Below, one piece after another: positions 39,003 through 51,931 of a DNA stretch of 64,000 nt. The translations under genes and the position numbers were made by a program. Every line of letters starts with the position of its first letter. Position 1 is the stretch's first letter. Origin of the DNA: Octopus vulgaris (Eukaryota); the NCBI GenBank assembly GCA_951406725.2, contig OX597815.1, forward strand, positions 128,402,001 to 128,466,000, read 5' to 3'. The notes under the pieces were generated by a model, which was not told the DNA's origin, did no database searches, and saw nothing but the letters and a program-made list of their open reading frames with translations.

Positions 39003-39754
39003 TACACACATTTATCTCGTGTAGTCTTTTGCGAAAAAAGGGATTAACAATGTATTTTATATTTTGGTTGAGTTAGTCTTGTGTCATAACTTGCCGGAAG
39101 ACCCTGTGCACACACAGGCAAAAATCAGTGTAGCGGGATTTAACTTGACCAATATAATGAATGTGTGCATGCATGCCTGCATGCACGTGTATGTACCTAT
39201 GTATGTATGAAAGTACATTTCCTAAATAGCTTCTGTTTCTATGTTTAAGCTGAATTTAGTGTATGAGAAATTAACGAGGTCACGTATTTATGAATGTTGT
39301 TATTTTAAGTTCAAAACTGTTGAAATCTTTTCTTGATATATTTGGTGAGTGGTTGTCAACATGGTATGATAGAGCTAACCCATCATCTCTACACAACCCT
39401 CTATCATCATGAATTCATTAAGTGCATCCAAGATGTAAAGGTCAAAACTGAATGAAATGGTAAACTTTATTTTGTTTTATAACCCATGTAGTGTTTTTCT
39501 CAAAGATCAAGATTTCCTTAGGATGTGAAATAGTTTTTATAGTATTGTCATTGATGGTATTTTATGTCTTAGCAAAGTCAAAGAATTGCTAATAAGTAAT
39601 CATTTCAAGATGGAGGTATAAAATCCAACTATATAGAATTAAATGAATTTTCACTGACTTTTGTCCTTTATATTATAAATCAGATGATAACAATGTTGTT
39701 GTTTCACTGAAGAGTTTTTGTGACTTTCTTTATTCCATCATTAACATTATTTAA

Positions 39755-39975
39755 CCCTTTAGCATTTAAACTGGCCATATCCGGCCAAAAGTATTCTGCC
39801 TGTTTTATGTTCAAACTGGCCAGATCTAGTCTCTCATACCAACCCTACAATATCGTTTTAAAAATTAACAGCTACCTCATCAAAATCTCATAGCTACAAG
39901 ATAATGCGTGATTAGTTCAAAACAATGCGGATAAAAAAGCATTAATTATGGTAGAATAATGTGAACACTAAAGGG
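39755..39975. mobile_element. piggyBac-like MITE
   Basis: TTAA|CCCTTTAG ... CTAAAGGG|TTAA (TTAA TSD, CCC termini). A degenerate relative lies at about 13146-13310 and a similar end at about 1909-1918. Confidence 0.8.
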
Positions 39976-40125
39976 TTAAAATGAAATGGGTTTGCTACTT
40001 AATACACACTCAGATACAAAGAATATTAAGAAATCCAATAGAATTGTCACATTCACAGATAAAGAGGATAATCTATATGAATTAGACAAAAACCTGAACA
40101 ATCAACTCTTAATATTATCAATCTA

Positions 40126-40483
40126 CTAGCAGTATCGCCCAGCGTTGCTCGGGTTTGTTTCGACCCACTGGAATTGTAATTTTGAAAAGTAAAAATTTTG
40201 TGAACATTTTTCTGGTCGAAATACACCGAAAAGTGGCGACACAGCAGTGAAAAAATCGTAAAAAATAGGGATTTTCATAGAAAAAAGCAGCTTTTTGATG
40301 TAAATAATATTTGGTGTTAACATGGTCCGATTTGAATTTTATGTTCTACGGAAGGAAGAGCAACCCTTCTTCTATCATAATCTCAATTTTGGTCAACTTG
40401 CGCCGCATGGTCTCGGAGGAAATAGTGTTAGTTGAAGGTTACCAAACGTGGCGCACACAGACAACTTCAGCTTTATATAGAGA
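40126..40483 (-). mobile_element. Non-autonomous Helitron, about 360 bp
   Basis: Minus strand starts A|TCTCTATATAAAGCTGAAG and ends cccgagcaacgctgggcgatactgCTAG|T. Confidence 0.82.
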
Positions 40484-40651
40484 TAACACACACACATTAA
40501 TACACATACATAGACACACACACACATGTATGTATGGATGTATATATGTACATCTGTCCACTTCTTGCAATATTTTTATCCTTCACTTCCTATACACACA
40601 CACACACACCTTATTAGCTTACAATTTCTTTCTGTCAACAATTGACAACAG

Positions 40652-41641
40652 AAGTACGCTCGCCAATTAATACTACCAAAATTTAACGACAGAAAGTAAA
40701 TTAAAAACCAATTTACCTTTTCTGTATTGTTATGGCAATTCGACTGTCGGTGTGTTTTTGCAAATGTGTTCAAATGAGAAGTGAGTTGTGTTTGGCACCT
40801 TTTTTACTAATAACAAACACACACGTGTTTGTATGTAGTTGTTTGAAACGTTTGTGTTTGTCACTGTCATATATGTATGTGTATGTGTGTGTGTGAGGAA
40901 TGGCAAACCAGATAGATAGCGTGCGAATTTCTTTTGAAGTTCGCGCTCCGCTTGTGTGTGTGTGTGTGCGTGCTTTAGGTGTACGTAGGTATGTGTACTC
41001 TCTCTGTCTCTTTACACACACTAACAAAAGCACTCCACTTACACACCACACTTTCTGTGTTGCACATCCCATCAAACACACACACACTCACGCACGCACA
41101 CATGTACATCAATGCTTTCGGAGTGAAATGTTAAAATATTGAGTTTTCTCAAATTTTGTCTTAATTGGGGGTGAAATTGAAAGAAACTTTGTATGGCATG
41201 ACCGAATGGAAGTACTTTGAAAAATCATAGGTAAACTATAATTGAAGAAATTGTGTGAGGAGTAAATCGTTATGTATTTATTTGTTTCTGTTTGCTGTGT
41301 GTTTTTTTTTTTAGTAGTGGTTTAAGGTACACTTGCAAAGAGAAAGTGGGAGAAATTAGGGTGATAGCGTGAGTGAAGCAGATTGCTCTGTTTTTGTGTG
41401 TGTGTGCGTGTGTGTGTGCTGTAGCCCACACTAAGAAAAGCACTTCACTTACACACCACAATGTGAGTTTTCTCTAAATTTTGCTTAATTGGGGTTGAAA
41501 TTTTAAAAACCGGACCTGGCACGACCCGATGCATTCTACTCTTAAAAATGCTAGGTAAATTGTAATTGAAGAAATCCTATATTGTAGATTTCTATAAGAG
41601 ACAAAGGGAGGCAGATAAAATCTGCCTTTTATAATAAGAGA
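40652..41641 (-). mobile_element. Helitron-type element with 5' TC terminus, lacking the hairpin-CTAG end
   Basis: 5' TCTCTTATTATAAAAGGCAG as at 31988. Homology stops at ggtagtattaattggcgagcgtacttct. Confidence 0.72.
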
Positions 41642-42134
41642 TAGAAAAGCTATCTTATACAAGTGTATTAATATAGATAGTGGGGAAAGAATGATTGTAC
41701 ACAAATGTAAAAAGTCAATGGATTACAATGTAAAACATATGCCAAGCTCAAAGAAGATAAGAGAAAAACTGATCCAAGTACATGATGTGTACTTTATTTA
41801 TTAACCCAGAAAAGTGAAAAACAAAGTTGACCACAGCAGAATTTGAACTCAAGGCACAAAGAGCTGGAATCAGTAATGCATAGTAATCTATTCAAAGCTC
41901 TAATGACTCAGTCAATTGATATAACTGTGCTCTCTACACATTCTGATCAAATCATCTGTGTGTTGACAGGTACCTCCTTGGGACAACGTAAACTTCATTT
42001 AATCAAGATACTGTTAGCCTGTGGCATAAACCGTGCTTGGATATATACCACTTCCACTCGCTACGAAGCATATGTAGCCCAGTTATTACCTATACCATTC
42101 CTTAACTCATGATATGTATGTATATATATATATA

Positions 42135-42532
42135 CTAGCAGTATCGCCCGGCGTTGCTCGGGTTTGTAAGGGAAATAACTATATAAGCATTTTTAGAGAG
42201 TTATAGCCAAAAAATAGCAAAAAAATGCATTAAAAATGGGAAAAAATATTAAGGTAAATTTTTTTTTAAATCGTTGACAAATCGTAGATATTTTTAGAGA
42301 GTTACTTCCCTTATATAATAGCGAAAAAATGCATTAAAATGGAAAAATATGATGGTAAATTTTTTTAAAATTGTAGACTCATCGTAGACGTGCGCTAATA
42401 CCCAGAAGGGCTCGATATGAATCACGACTGTAAGATACCCGGTTTTGGTTAAACTGCACTGCAAAATGTGGAAGTAGTTAGGAATCTAAATCGTAGGAGA
42501 CAGACACACAACTTCACTTTTATATATAAAGA
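42135..42532 (-). mobile_element. Non-autonomous Helitron, about 400 bp
   Basis: Starts A|TCTTTATATATAAAAGTGAAG and ends cccgagcaacgccgggcgatactgCTAG|T. Shares 5' and subterminal blocks with 17627-18125. Confidence 0.82.
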
Positions 42533-42819
42533 TATAAGCCACGTAGTTATATACACATACTTTGTTATATACACATTCTTAAAAGAAAATGTTATTTTGA
42601 ACACAACATTTATAAAGAATAAAATATTTTTTGGTTTTTCTTTTAAACGGATGCATACATTTATTAATAACTATATATAAGTGTCGTCTGTTTATACATA
42701 AACACTGTTTCATACTGCAATTATATATACATATATCTATATATAATATTATATAATAAAATATATACAGAATATGTGTATATATTTATGTATGTATAAA
42801 TATATACTGAAAGAAGCTC

Positions 42820-43657
42820 GGCTCGCCAATTAATACTACCAAAATTTAACGACAGAAAGTAAATTAAAAACCAATTTACCTTTTCTGTATTGTTATAGCA
42901 ATTCGACCGTCCGTGTGTCTTTGCAAATGTGTTGGAATGAAAAGTGAGTTGTGTTTGGCGCCTTTTTTACTAATAACAAACACACACGTGTTTGTATGTA
43001 GTTGTTTGAAACGTTTGTGTTTGTCACTGTCATATATGTATGTGTATGCATGTGTGTGAGGAATGACACACACACACACACATGTACATCAATGCTTTCA
43101 GAGTGAAATGTTAAAATATTGAGTTTTCTCGAATTTAGTCTTAATTGGGGGTAAAATTGAAAGAAATTTTGTATGGCATGACCCAATGGAAGTACTTTGA
43201 AAAATCATGGGTAAACTCTAATTGAAGAAATTGTGTGAGGAGTAAATCGTTATGTATTTATTTGTTTCTGTTTGCTGTGTTTTTTTTTTTTAGTAGTGGC
43301 TTAAGGTACACTTCTCTCGTTTTATAGAAATAGTTTCACTTTAATCGTTGCACACTTGCAAAGAGAAAGGAGTAAAAATTAGAGTGATAGCGTGAGTGAA
43401 GGAGATCGCTCCCTTTGTGTGTGTGTGTGCGTGTGCTATAGCCCACACTAAGAAAAGCACTTGACTTACACACCACAATGTGAGTTTTCTCTAAATTTTG
43501 CTTAATTGGGGTTGAAATTTTAAAAACCGGACCTGGCACGACCCGATTTATTCTACTCTTAAAAATGCCAGGTAAATTGTAATTGAAGAAATCCTACATT
43601 GTAGATTTCTATAAGAGACAAAGGGAGGCAGATAAAATCTGCCTTTTATAATAAGAG

Positions 43658-43658
<1 letters not shown>
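42820..43658 (-). mobile_element. Helitron-type element with 5' TC terminus, lacking the hairpin-CTAG end
   Basis: Close paralogue of 40652-41641 with an internal deletion; stops at the same ggtagtattaattggcgag site. Confidence 0.72.
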
Positions 43659-43688
<30 letters not shown>

Positions 43689-43767
43689 ATAAGAGATATA
43701 CTGGAGTAAGCACATAAATGTGAAACAAGGTGGAAAAAAAGAGTACACAAATACTAGACGTAGCGTA

Positions 43768-43931
43768 ATATGCTTTATTTAAAAGCAGCAGAAAGAACAA
43801 AAGCTGTTACTCAGAGTTTCACGTTCCTGTTCATCGGAGAGTTTTGTTAACAAAACTTTCCGACGAAAAGGAACACAAAACTCTGAGTAACAGTTTTTGT
43901 GATATTTCTGCTGCTTTTAAATAAAGTATAT
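43768..43931. repeat. Loop-less palindrome with a hammerhead-like motif in each arm
   Basis: Centre aaaac-flanked ttgttaacaa. Minus arm reads CCGATGA-ac(aggaac)gt-GAAA-ctctgag-TA-acag; plus arm reads CCGACGA...aaaa-ctctgag-TA-acagtttt. Confidence 0.85.
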
Positions 43932-43932
43932 A

Positions 43933-46635
43933 TATCATCATCATCATCAACGTTTAGCATCCGCTTTCCATGCTAGCATGGGTTGGATGGTTCAACTGGG
44001 GTCTGGGAAGCCAGAAGACTGCACCAGGCTCAGTTTGATCTGGTAATGTTTCTACGGCTGGATGCCCTTCCTAACGCCAACCACTCCATGAGTGTAGTGG
44101 TGCTTTTTACGTGCCAGACGAGTCTGGCAAACGGCCATGATCGGATGGTGTTTTTTATGTGCCACCGGCACGGGGGCCAGGCGAGGCTGGCAACGGCCAC
44201 GAACAGATGGTGCTTTTTACGTGCCACCGGCACGAGGCCAGTCGGGGCGGCGCTGGCAACGACCACGTTCGGATGGTTCTCTTACGTGCCACCGGCACTG
44301 GTAACTCAGCTGCAATTTCCATTGATCGATTTCGATTCTGATTCTCACTTGCCTCAACAGGTCTTCACAAGTAGAGTTTTGTGTTCCAAGAAGGGAAGGT
44401 ATGCATAAGTGGACTGGCTACATCCCGTGTAGGAGGCCACGGGTTATGGTCTCACTTGTCCTGCCAGGTCTTCTCACACACAGCATAGTTCCAGAGGTCT
44501 CGGTCTCTAGTCATTTCCTCAGTGAGACCTAAAGTTCGAAGGTCGTGCTTCACCACCTCGTCCCAGGTTTTCCTGGGTCTGCCTCTTCCACAGGTTCCCT
44601 CAACTGCTAGGGTATGGCACTTTTTCACACAACAATCTTCATTCATTCTCGCCACATGTCCATACCAGTGCAAACGTCTCTCTTGCACACCACATCTGAT
44701 GCTTCTTAGGTCCAGCTTTTCTCTCAAGGTACTTACACTCTGTCGAGTATGAACACTGACATTACACATCCATCGGAGCATACTGGCTTCATTTCTTGCG
44801 AGCTTACGCATATCCTCAGCAGTCATGGCCCATGTTTCACTGCCATGTAGCATGGCTGTTCGTACACACGCGTCATACAGTCTGCCTTTTACTCTGAGTG
44901 AGAGGCCTTTTGTCACCAGCAGAGGTAAGAGCTCTCTGAACTTTGCCCAAGCTATTCTTACTCTAGCAGTTACACTTTCAGCACACCCGCCCCCGCTGCT
45001 GACTTGGTCACCTAGGTAACGGAAGCTATCAACTATTTCTAGTTTTTCTCCCTGGAAAGTGACAGAAGTTGGTCTCAGAGCATTTTCAATGTTTATTGTT
45101 CCTGAGCATCTGCCACATACAAAAACTATCTTCCTAGTTAGCCTTCCTTTGACATTGCCGCACCTCATGTATCCATAGCTTACACTTGGTGCATCTTATA
45201 GAGTTTCTACCTACACCTTTTCTACAGATCGAGCAGGGCCATCTACCTGAAGGCATTTGTGATTTGTCTACCTTCCTACTTATTAGGACTTTGGTTTTAG
45301 CTAGATTGACTCTAAGGCCCTTCGATTCTAATCCTTGCTTACACACATGAAACTTCTCCTCCAGTTCTGATAGTGACTCAGCAATTAGAGCAAGGTCATC
45401 AGCATAGAGGAGCTCCCAAGGGCATCCTGTCTTGAATTCCTCCGTTATTGCCTGGAGGACTATGATAAATAGGAGGGGGCTGAGGACTGAGCTTTGGTGG
45501 ACCCCTACCTCTACCCGGAATTCTTCACTGTACTCGTTGCCAACCCTCACCTTACTAGCAGCGTCCCTGTACATGGCTCGCACAGCTCTCACTAACCATT
45601 CATCTATCCCTAGTTTCCTCAATGACCACCAGATAAGTGATCGGGGGACCCTGTCGAAGGCTTTCTCCATGTCAACAAAAGCCAGGTACAGGGGCTTATC
45701 TTTGGCTAGGTATTTCTCCCGCAGCTGCCATACCAGGAATATAGCATCAGTGGTACTTTTCCCTGGCACGAACCCAAACTGCATCTCATCTCAACTAACT
45801 CTCTCTCTAATTAGTTGGGCTATGACCCTCTCCGTAACCTTCATTACCTGATCCAACAGCTTGATACCTCTGTAATTATTTGTATCTAGGGCATCACCTA
45901 TACCTTTGTAGCAGTTGCCTTTTATGCTGCTACACCAGTCATTGGGTATGACTTCTTTGTGTATCACCTGATTAACTATATGGGTGACTAGGCTATAGCC
46001 GACACTACCAGATATTTTGAGCATCTCTGCAGTGATTCCTGATGGGCCTGGGGCTTACCCTGTCTTCATGCTTCTAATTGCCTTAACCACCAAAGAACTG
46101 TCAACTCGGATAGCTGGTCCCTCTGTTGGGTCAACATTCGGCAGACTCTCTGTATCCCATTCATTTTTTTTATTCAGCAACCTTTCATAGTGGCGTCTCC
46201 AAACCTCTCTCTTTGCATCCTCATTTAGCGCAAGTGAACCATCTTCTATGCGAACACACTTCTCTCCTACCACATCACAATTCTCTCTCAGTGTCTAGCA
46301 ACACGAAACACCTCCAGTCTTTGGTCCTCACGGCGCAGAACATTGGCAAATTGTTTCTTATCTGCTTCCCTTCTGGCTAGATAGATCTGTCTCCTAGCTC
46401 CCCTTTTGGCAGTCTGATACAATTCCCTGCTACCACCATTCTTCCAGTCCTTCCAAGTCTGTCTCTTTTCTCTAATAGCCCTGTCTACAACACTGTTCCA
46501 CCACCACGTTACCTTGGGACGAGAGGGGACTTTGCACCAGCCACAGATCTGGTCAGTGGCTCTCAGCAGGTTGTCCCTTAGAAACGTCCAGTTGCCTTCT
46601 ACCCCATGTGATACTCTATCCCCTTATACTTCGTC
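43933..46635 (-). mobile_element. 5'-truncated RTE-clade LINE, about 2.7 kb, relatively young
   Basis: RT motifs NYRGIKLL, QFGFVPGKSTTDAIF, AFVDMEKAFDRVPR, VGVHQSSVLSPLLF, LLYADDL, GLRVNLAKTK and FRYLG. RTE C-terminus LHGSETW...RRLHWYGHVARM...RGRPRKTW. 3' UTR with tandem units and (GAT)n tail. Endonuclease domain absent. Confidence 0.95.
44452..46600 (-). pseudogene. Disrupted RTE ORF (RT, cysteine-rich finger and C-terminal domain)
   Basis: ORF pieces 46055-46273, 45791-46024, 45134-45784 and 44452-45168 are separated by stops or frameshifts. Confidence 0.9.
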
Positions 46636-46637
46636 AA

Positions 46638-46709
46638 TGGCTTCAAGTAGCATGTCCTTACACATACACACATATATATACACACATATATATATATACA
46701 CACAGACAT

Positions 46710-46770
<61 letters not shown>

Positions 46771-46834
46771 TACACACACACACACACACATACACACACA
46801 CACGTATATATATATACACACACACACATATAAA

Positions 46835-46882
<48 letters not shown>

Positions 46883-46990
46883 CACACACATATATACAAA
46901 TATGTATGTACACACACAATCGTGTGTATATGTATCTATTTGTGTGTTTGTGTGTGTGTGTGTATATATACATACATATACATATCTACA
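46638..46990. repeat. Compound (TA)n/(CA)n microsatellite
   Basis: Directly visible. Confidence 0.95.
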
Positions 46991-47029
46991 TGTATTAAGA
47001 CTGATTCTTCTGGTGGTGTAAAGCGCCTA

Positions 47030-47328
47030 TGCGGTGCCACACAAAAGTGCTCCTGTGATGCCATGTAAAAGCACTTGTGAGGTGCCATGTAAATGTGCCC
47101 GTGTGGTGCCACGTAAAAGTGCCTGTGTGGTGCCACTTAAAAGCACCCATGCAGTGCCATGAGAAAAGCACCCAGCACACTCTGTAAAGTGGTTGCTGTT
47201 AGGAAGAGCATCAAGCCATAGAAACCATGTCAGATCGGAGTGCAGTTTGGTGTAGCTCCCCAGCTCTGGTTAAACTGTCCAACCCATGCCAGCATGGACA
47301 ATGGGCGTTAAGTGATGATGATGATGAT
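47030..47328 (+). mobile_element. RTE-type 3' UTR copy with about 24-bp tandem units
   Basis: Repeated ggtgccacgtaaaagtgcc-like units, then aacccatgccagcatgga...gatgatgatg. Confidence 0.75.
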
Positions 47329-48439
47329 AATATATATATATATATATATCACTGTAAAGGCAATGTGGCTTAGTGGCTAAGTTGTTTGGCTTGCAATCAT
47401 AATGTTGTGGATTCATATCCCAAAACAGGCAGCTTGTTTGTTGTGCCCCTGAACAAATTACTTTATTTCACATTGCTTCAGTTCACTCAATTGGAAATAA
47501 GTACTAACTTAGTGCTGGAACAACTCTCTTTCCCTCAAGCTGTGTAGGAAATTCCTGATAGTGTGTGTGTGGAAATGAGGGGATAAAATCATATTAATTT
47601 TCCTTTCCAGTTCTTCTCTGACACAAACTGTGTGGATGACTCTCCTACTTATCCCAATAAACTTTAACTTTTTCAGTGTTACATCATTTTCTTGTCTATG
47701 ATTTGAGAGAAAACATGGCCAGTTATATAGGACCAGTAAAATCATGTAACAGTATACCTCACAACCTTCTTTTCTATCAGCATGCAAAAATAATTATATC
47801 TTATGAATTATGCATTGGTTAATAGTATTTATAGACCCTAGTATGTCTCTTTTGTAGAATGCAGCTTAGTCACTAATTACAGGTGACCTATAAGTACTTG
47901 TGTATCATTCCAGTTCTACCAATTTACAAATTGAATGATAATCAAAATTCCAAGCTGTCAAAAACTAAGACAGTGTTAATTCCTCATCTTTACTGTTTGC
48001 TTCCACTCAAAATTAGAGTCACATGGTACTGCTACAGCAATTACTATCATATTATTGCTACTTTCAAATTATTTTAAGCTCATTATTGTCATTTCTAAAA
48101 ATTATTTTCATTGCCTGTAGTAAAACTTTAAACATTTTGTCTTGAAACCTTAATTTATAAATTGACTTTATTCTTATTTTTGTATGTAATTTCTGTATGT
48201 AGAATTTTCAACACGTATTCTCCATTATTTTGAAAATAATGCTTTGTCTTAAGTCATAGTAATCATCAATAAAGAAATTATTCTTGTATATTTTTTAATT
48301 TTATTTTTATTGATTGTACACTGTTGTATTGAATGACTTATTTGTGTAAGTAGGTAGAATATTTATTGCCTTTAGTCTTTTGGGACAATTGTGATTAAGA
48401 AAAATAAATGAGAATGGGAGACTTTCAATTACTGGGTCT

Positions 48440-48765
48440 AGAGGAATGGATAGTGTCCCTGGCTTTCTAAAGCCCTCTAGACCAGTGAAGTTTATGACAA
48501 TGTTTCTCTTGGCCTTTTGCAAGTCAACATCTACAGGAAAGGCATAAATAGAGTGAATTCCAGTAGGCTGATGTTCTGGAAAGTGGGGACAGGGTTTAGA
48601 GACAAGTGCAAGGCTTGTGGGAGATGAGAGAAGTGATGAGTAGGTCAAGAATGCCTGAGTGGGAGTGGCATGAGTCCTGCCAGCTCTAAGGAGCAAGACC
48701 ATTATGGTAGTGATAGAAAAAGCAGAGAAAAGAGACAGCATTTGTGTGAGCCAGAGGTTTCGGGG
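48440..48765 (-). mobile_element. Degenerate CR1/Jockey-like LINE 3' end
   Basis: Contains ctactggaattcactct and DLQKAKRNIVINF; homologous to 690-1060. Confidence 0.55.
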
Positions 48766-50004
48766 AACCTTTAAATTTCATATAATGCTAAAACCAGGAG
48801 CACTATTTCAAGTTTTATACTATTTGTAGTTTACTCCCTATTTAAAGCCAATTTGTGAAATAAAAAGTAAGAAAACTGAGTCAATACATTCTCAAAACCT
48901 GCTATGAAAATATATCTAATCTCATTGAAGTCAGGATATTCTTTTCTCTGGTACAAAATAATTCTTTGTATCATTTGCAGTTTTGTGTGCTTGTTTCAAA
49001 CTGTAATTTCAATATATTTTCATTAGTTGTATAGGTATTTCATGATTCCACTTAGAGCGGTTCCAGAAGCCAGTTATTAGAACTCAGTGTACTAACAGTT
49101 CACAGTTTTAGTGATTACACAACTCCTGTTCTTTTGTCAGTCATATATTAATTAGCTATAAAAGTTAATCATTTATTAGTTATGAAAGTATATAGCCCTA
49201 TATTATTTTACCAAAACCTAGAGATCTACAGTAAAGTAAACCACAACAGTATTTGGATTTTAATGACAGATGTTATATTTTAGAAACTTCCAAACACTAA
49301 CAGAGGATGAAGACCACTCAGTTACATTGATGTTACTGGCAGAGATACTTAGCATCATCATCATCATTTAACGTCCATCTTCCATGCATGCATGGGTAGG
49401 ACGTTTGACAGGAGCTGGCCAGGTAGAAAATCTACCCAAGGCTACTGTGTCTGTTTTGGCAGGGGTTTTGCAGCTGGATGCCCTTCCTAACATCAACTAC
49501 TCCACAGAGTGGACTCAGTGCTTTTTATGTGGCACAAGCACAGGCAACCACATTTCATTGTGGACTGGATGCTTTTAATGTGGCACCGGCACTAGCAGGG
49601 TAACCAAGTAACTCACAAGATAAGGAATTATAAGAGGGGCAGGGCATTTGTGTCAGAGGATGAAAGTCAGTGTGACAAAGAGACAGAGAGACAGAAGCAG
49701 GTATCTTGCCACTACAGAGGGGGCATTAGAGGAAGTGATCCAGTATCAAATGATGAAAGATTAGAGTATATCAGAGAAATAGGTGTCTTACTATATAGGA
49801 GGCATGTGGTTACCCTGTGAGAGAAAGAGAAGAGATAGAGAATGAGAGAGAGGTACAGAATGAAGCCAGAAACAAGTGTGCTCATGTAAAGGTGATACTT
49901 AGTTACCTAGTTAGAGGAAAAACAAGAGAGTGACCAAAGGTAAAGAGAGAGTGAGAGTGACCAAAGGGAGAGAGAGTGATCAAAGGGAACGAGAGCAACC
50001 AAAA

Positions 50005-50039
<35 letters not shown>

Positions 50040-50339
50040 GAAACAGCAAAAGTTTAAGAGAGAACAGAAGAGAGATGGTGTAGTGCTAGGGTATACTCAC
50101 AAGTATCAAGAATATGAGCGTAGATCCTGGTTAGAAAAATAGGGAGTGGGTGTGGGGAGCAGTGATACAGTGAGCACAGCAGTGAAGACAAGAAAGGAGA
50201 TTGGAAAACAATCATAATGTATGAAGAGGAAATGTGAGGAAGAGAAAGATGCAATCAGAAGAGAAGTTGTAGTTTGATTTCTGAGGGTAGAGTGAGTGAA
50301 GTGTGTGTTGTTACATGTGAGTGGGACACAACTCTTCTA

Positions 50340-50635
50340 GCACTCAGTTTTGTGGATGGATCTTCCCAAGGACCTTATATTGCCAAACATCTTGGTCTAC
50401 TGTCATTTCCTCTGTGAGCCCCATCATCCGAAGATCAGTCCTCACCACTTCATCCCATGTCCTCCTGGATCCCCCTCCTTCACAGGTACTATCTACTTTC
50501 AGTGACAGGTACTTCTGCATACAGCTGTTTTCACTCATATGCATTACATGTCCAAACCAATGCAGTCTCCTCTCCTGCATACCACATTTAATCCTTCTTG
50601 TGCCTAACTTTTCTCTCAACACAGTTGCACTCAAT
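50340..50635 (-). mobile_element. RTE C-terminal fragment
   Basis: LREKLGTRRIKCGMQERRLHWFGHVMHMSENSC...RRTWDEVVRTDLRMMGLTEEMT. Confidence 0.85.
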
Positions 50636-51472
50636 ATGAAATTGAGGACTAACCAAAACTAATGGGAAACAGATATTCCTGGTGTGGCATTGTGAAATAC
50701 ATCTTGGTTGCAGCTGTCTGAAGGAGAAAAATTTGGTCTTACAGCTGAGAGGGTAGTAAGTACAAAATATAATGCATTTATTCATTTTTTTATTTCATCA
50801 TATTCTGCCACCCCACCCAAATACAACTTTATCACATGCAATCTAATTGTAATTAATTTAAACCTAAGTGTGAGTATGTGTAAGTGACTAGGTGGGAGTT
50901 ACGCACTAATGTATGCATGTATATACATATATTATTGCCCAGAATCTGACATAGGCAAATCCCAAAACCTGGTTTTCAATGACATGAATTCACAAATAGC
51001 GAATAAATAAAATAATTTCAAATGACAGATTATTAATAAATAAATATCTACATATGATTGTCACTAAATCTACTATTCTATATTGCTAAAAAAATGATAA
51101 AACAATATATTTATATAAATAAGTTCATAGAATAGATAGTATGACTGACTTATTAGTATGGCTCTTTATTTCTGTCATGAAAATGATGATGATCATAATG
51201 TTCATGATCATCACAGTCATCACTGCCACTCCCACTGCCATCCCCATTGTCATTGTTATAATGTCTGCTTTGTTAAGCTGGTTCATGCAACATGAAAATT
51301 ACTGAAGCAGGTTTTTTACAGCTGGATGCTGTTCCTGTTGTCAACCCTAACTTATTTTACTCAGATGGTGTTCAGAAGGAACATACATATATTTATGTTC
51401 AGAAGGAACATACATATATTTATATTTAAAATTTGGCACAACAGCTACTTCAACTATCAGAGTCACTATATA

Positions 51473-51683
51473 CTTTTCTAATCTAGGCACATAGTCCAAA
51501 ATTTTGGGGGAAGGAGCCAGTCAATTAGATCAACTCTAGTATGCAACTGGTACTTAATTTATTGACCCTGAAAGGAAGAAAGGCAAAGTCGACCTTGGCA
51601 GAATTTGAACTCAGAATGTAAAGACAGATGAAATACTACAAAGCATTTTGCTGTGTGCCATTGTTTCTGCCAGCTTACTGCCT
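51473..51683 (-). mobile_element. SINE family B with intact 18-bp target-site duplication
   Basis: tatcagagtcactatata at 51455-51472 and 51684-51701 flanks a complete copy. Confidence 0.9.
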
Positions 51684-51715
51684 TATCAGAGTCACTATAT
51701 AATACAACACATATA

Positions 51716-51931
51716 CAAGGGGTGCTGAAAAGTTCCTGGCTTTAAAGGTATTGCAAAAGGCCTGATTGGAGGCCCAAACTTCCAAGTTCTTTTACAGTGC
51801 TTAGAAAAACTGAAGAACTACTGCAAGAAGTATATGAACTAGAGAGGGGAATATGATGAATAAAATCATAATTAACTGACCCTCCTGTATTTTCTTTTAC
51901 CCAAAGCTAGGAACTTATCAGTACTCCCTCA
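51716..51931. mobile_element. Mariner-derived MITE
   Basis: TA|caaggggtgctgaaaagttcctggcttt ... aaagctaggaacttatcagtactccctca|TA; TIRs about 28 bp. Confidence 0.78.

Noticed and set aside
41843-42112. 89-aa ORF in unique-looking sequence
   Set aside because: It starts inside a SINE fragment; no recognisable domain or convincing splice pair.
47509-47700. Possible minus-strand exon (ORF 47509-47787 with AG acceptor and GTTAGT donor)
   Set aside because: No recognisable homology, and the only open frame ends in a stop right at the donor.
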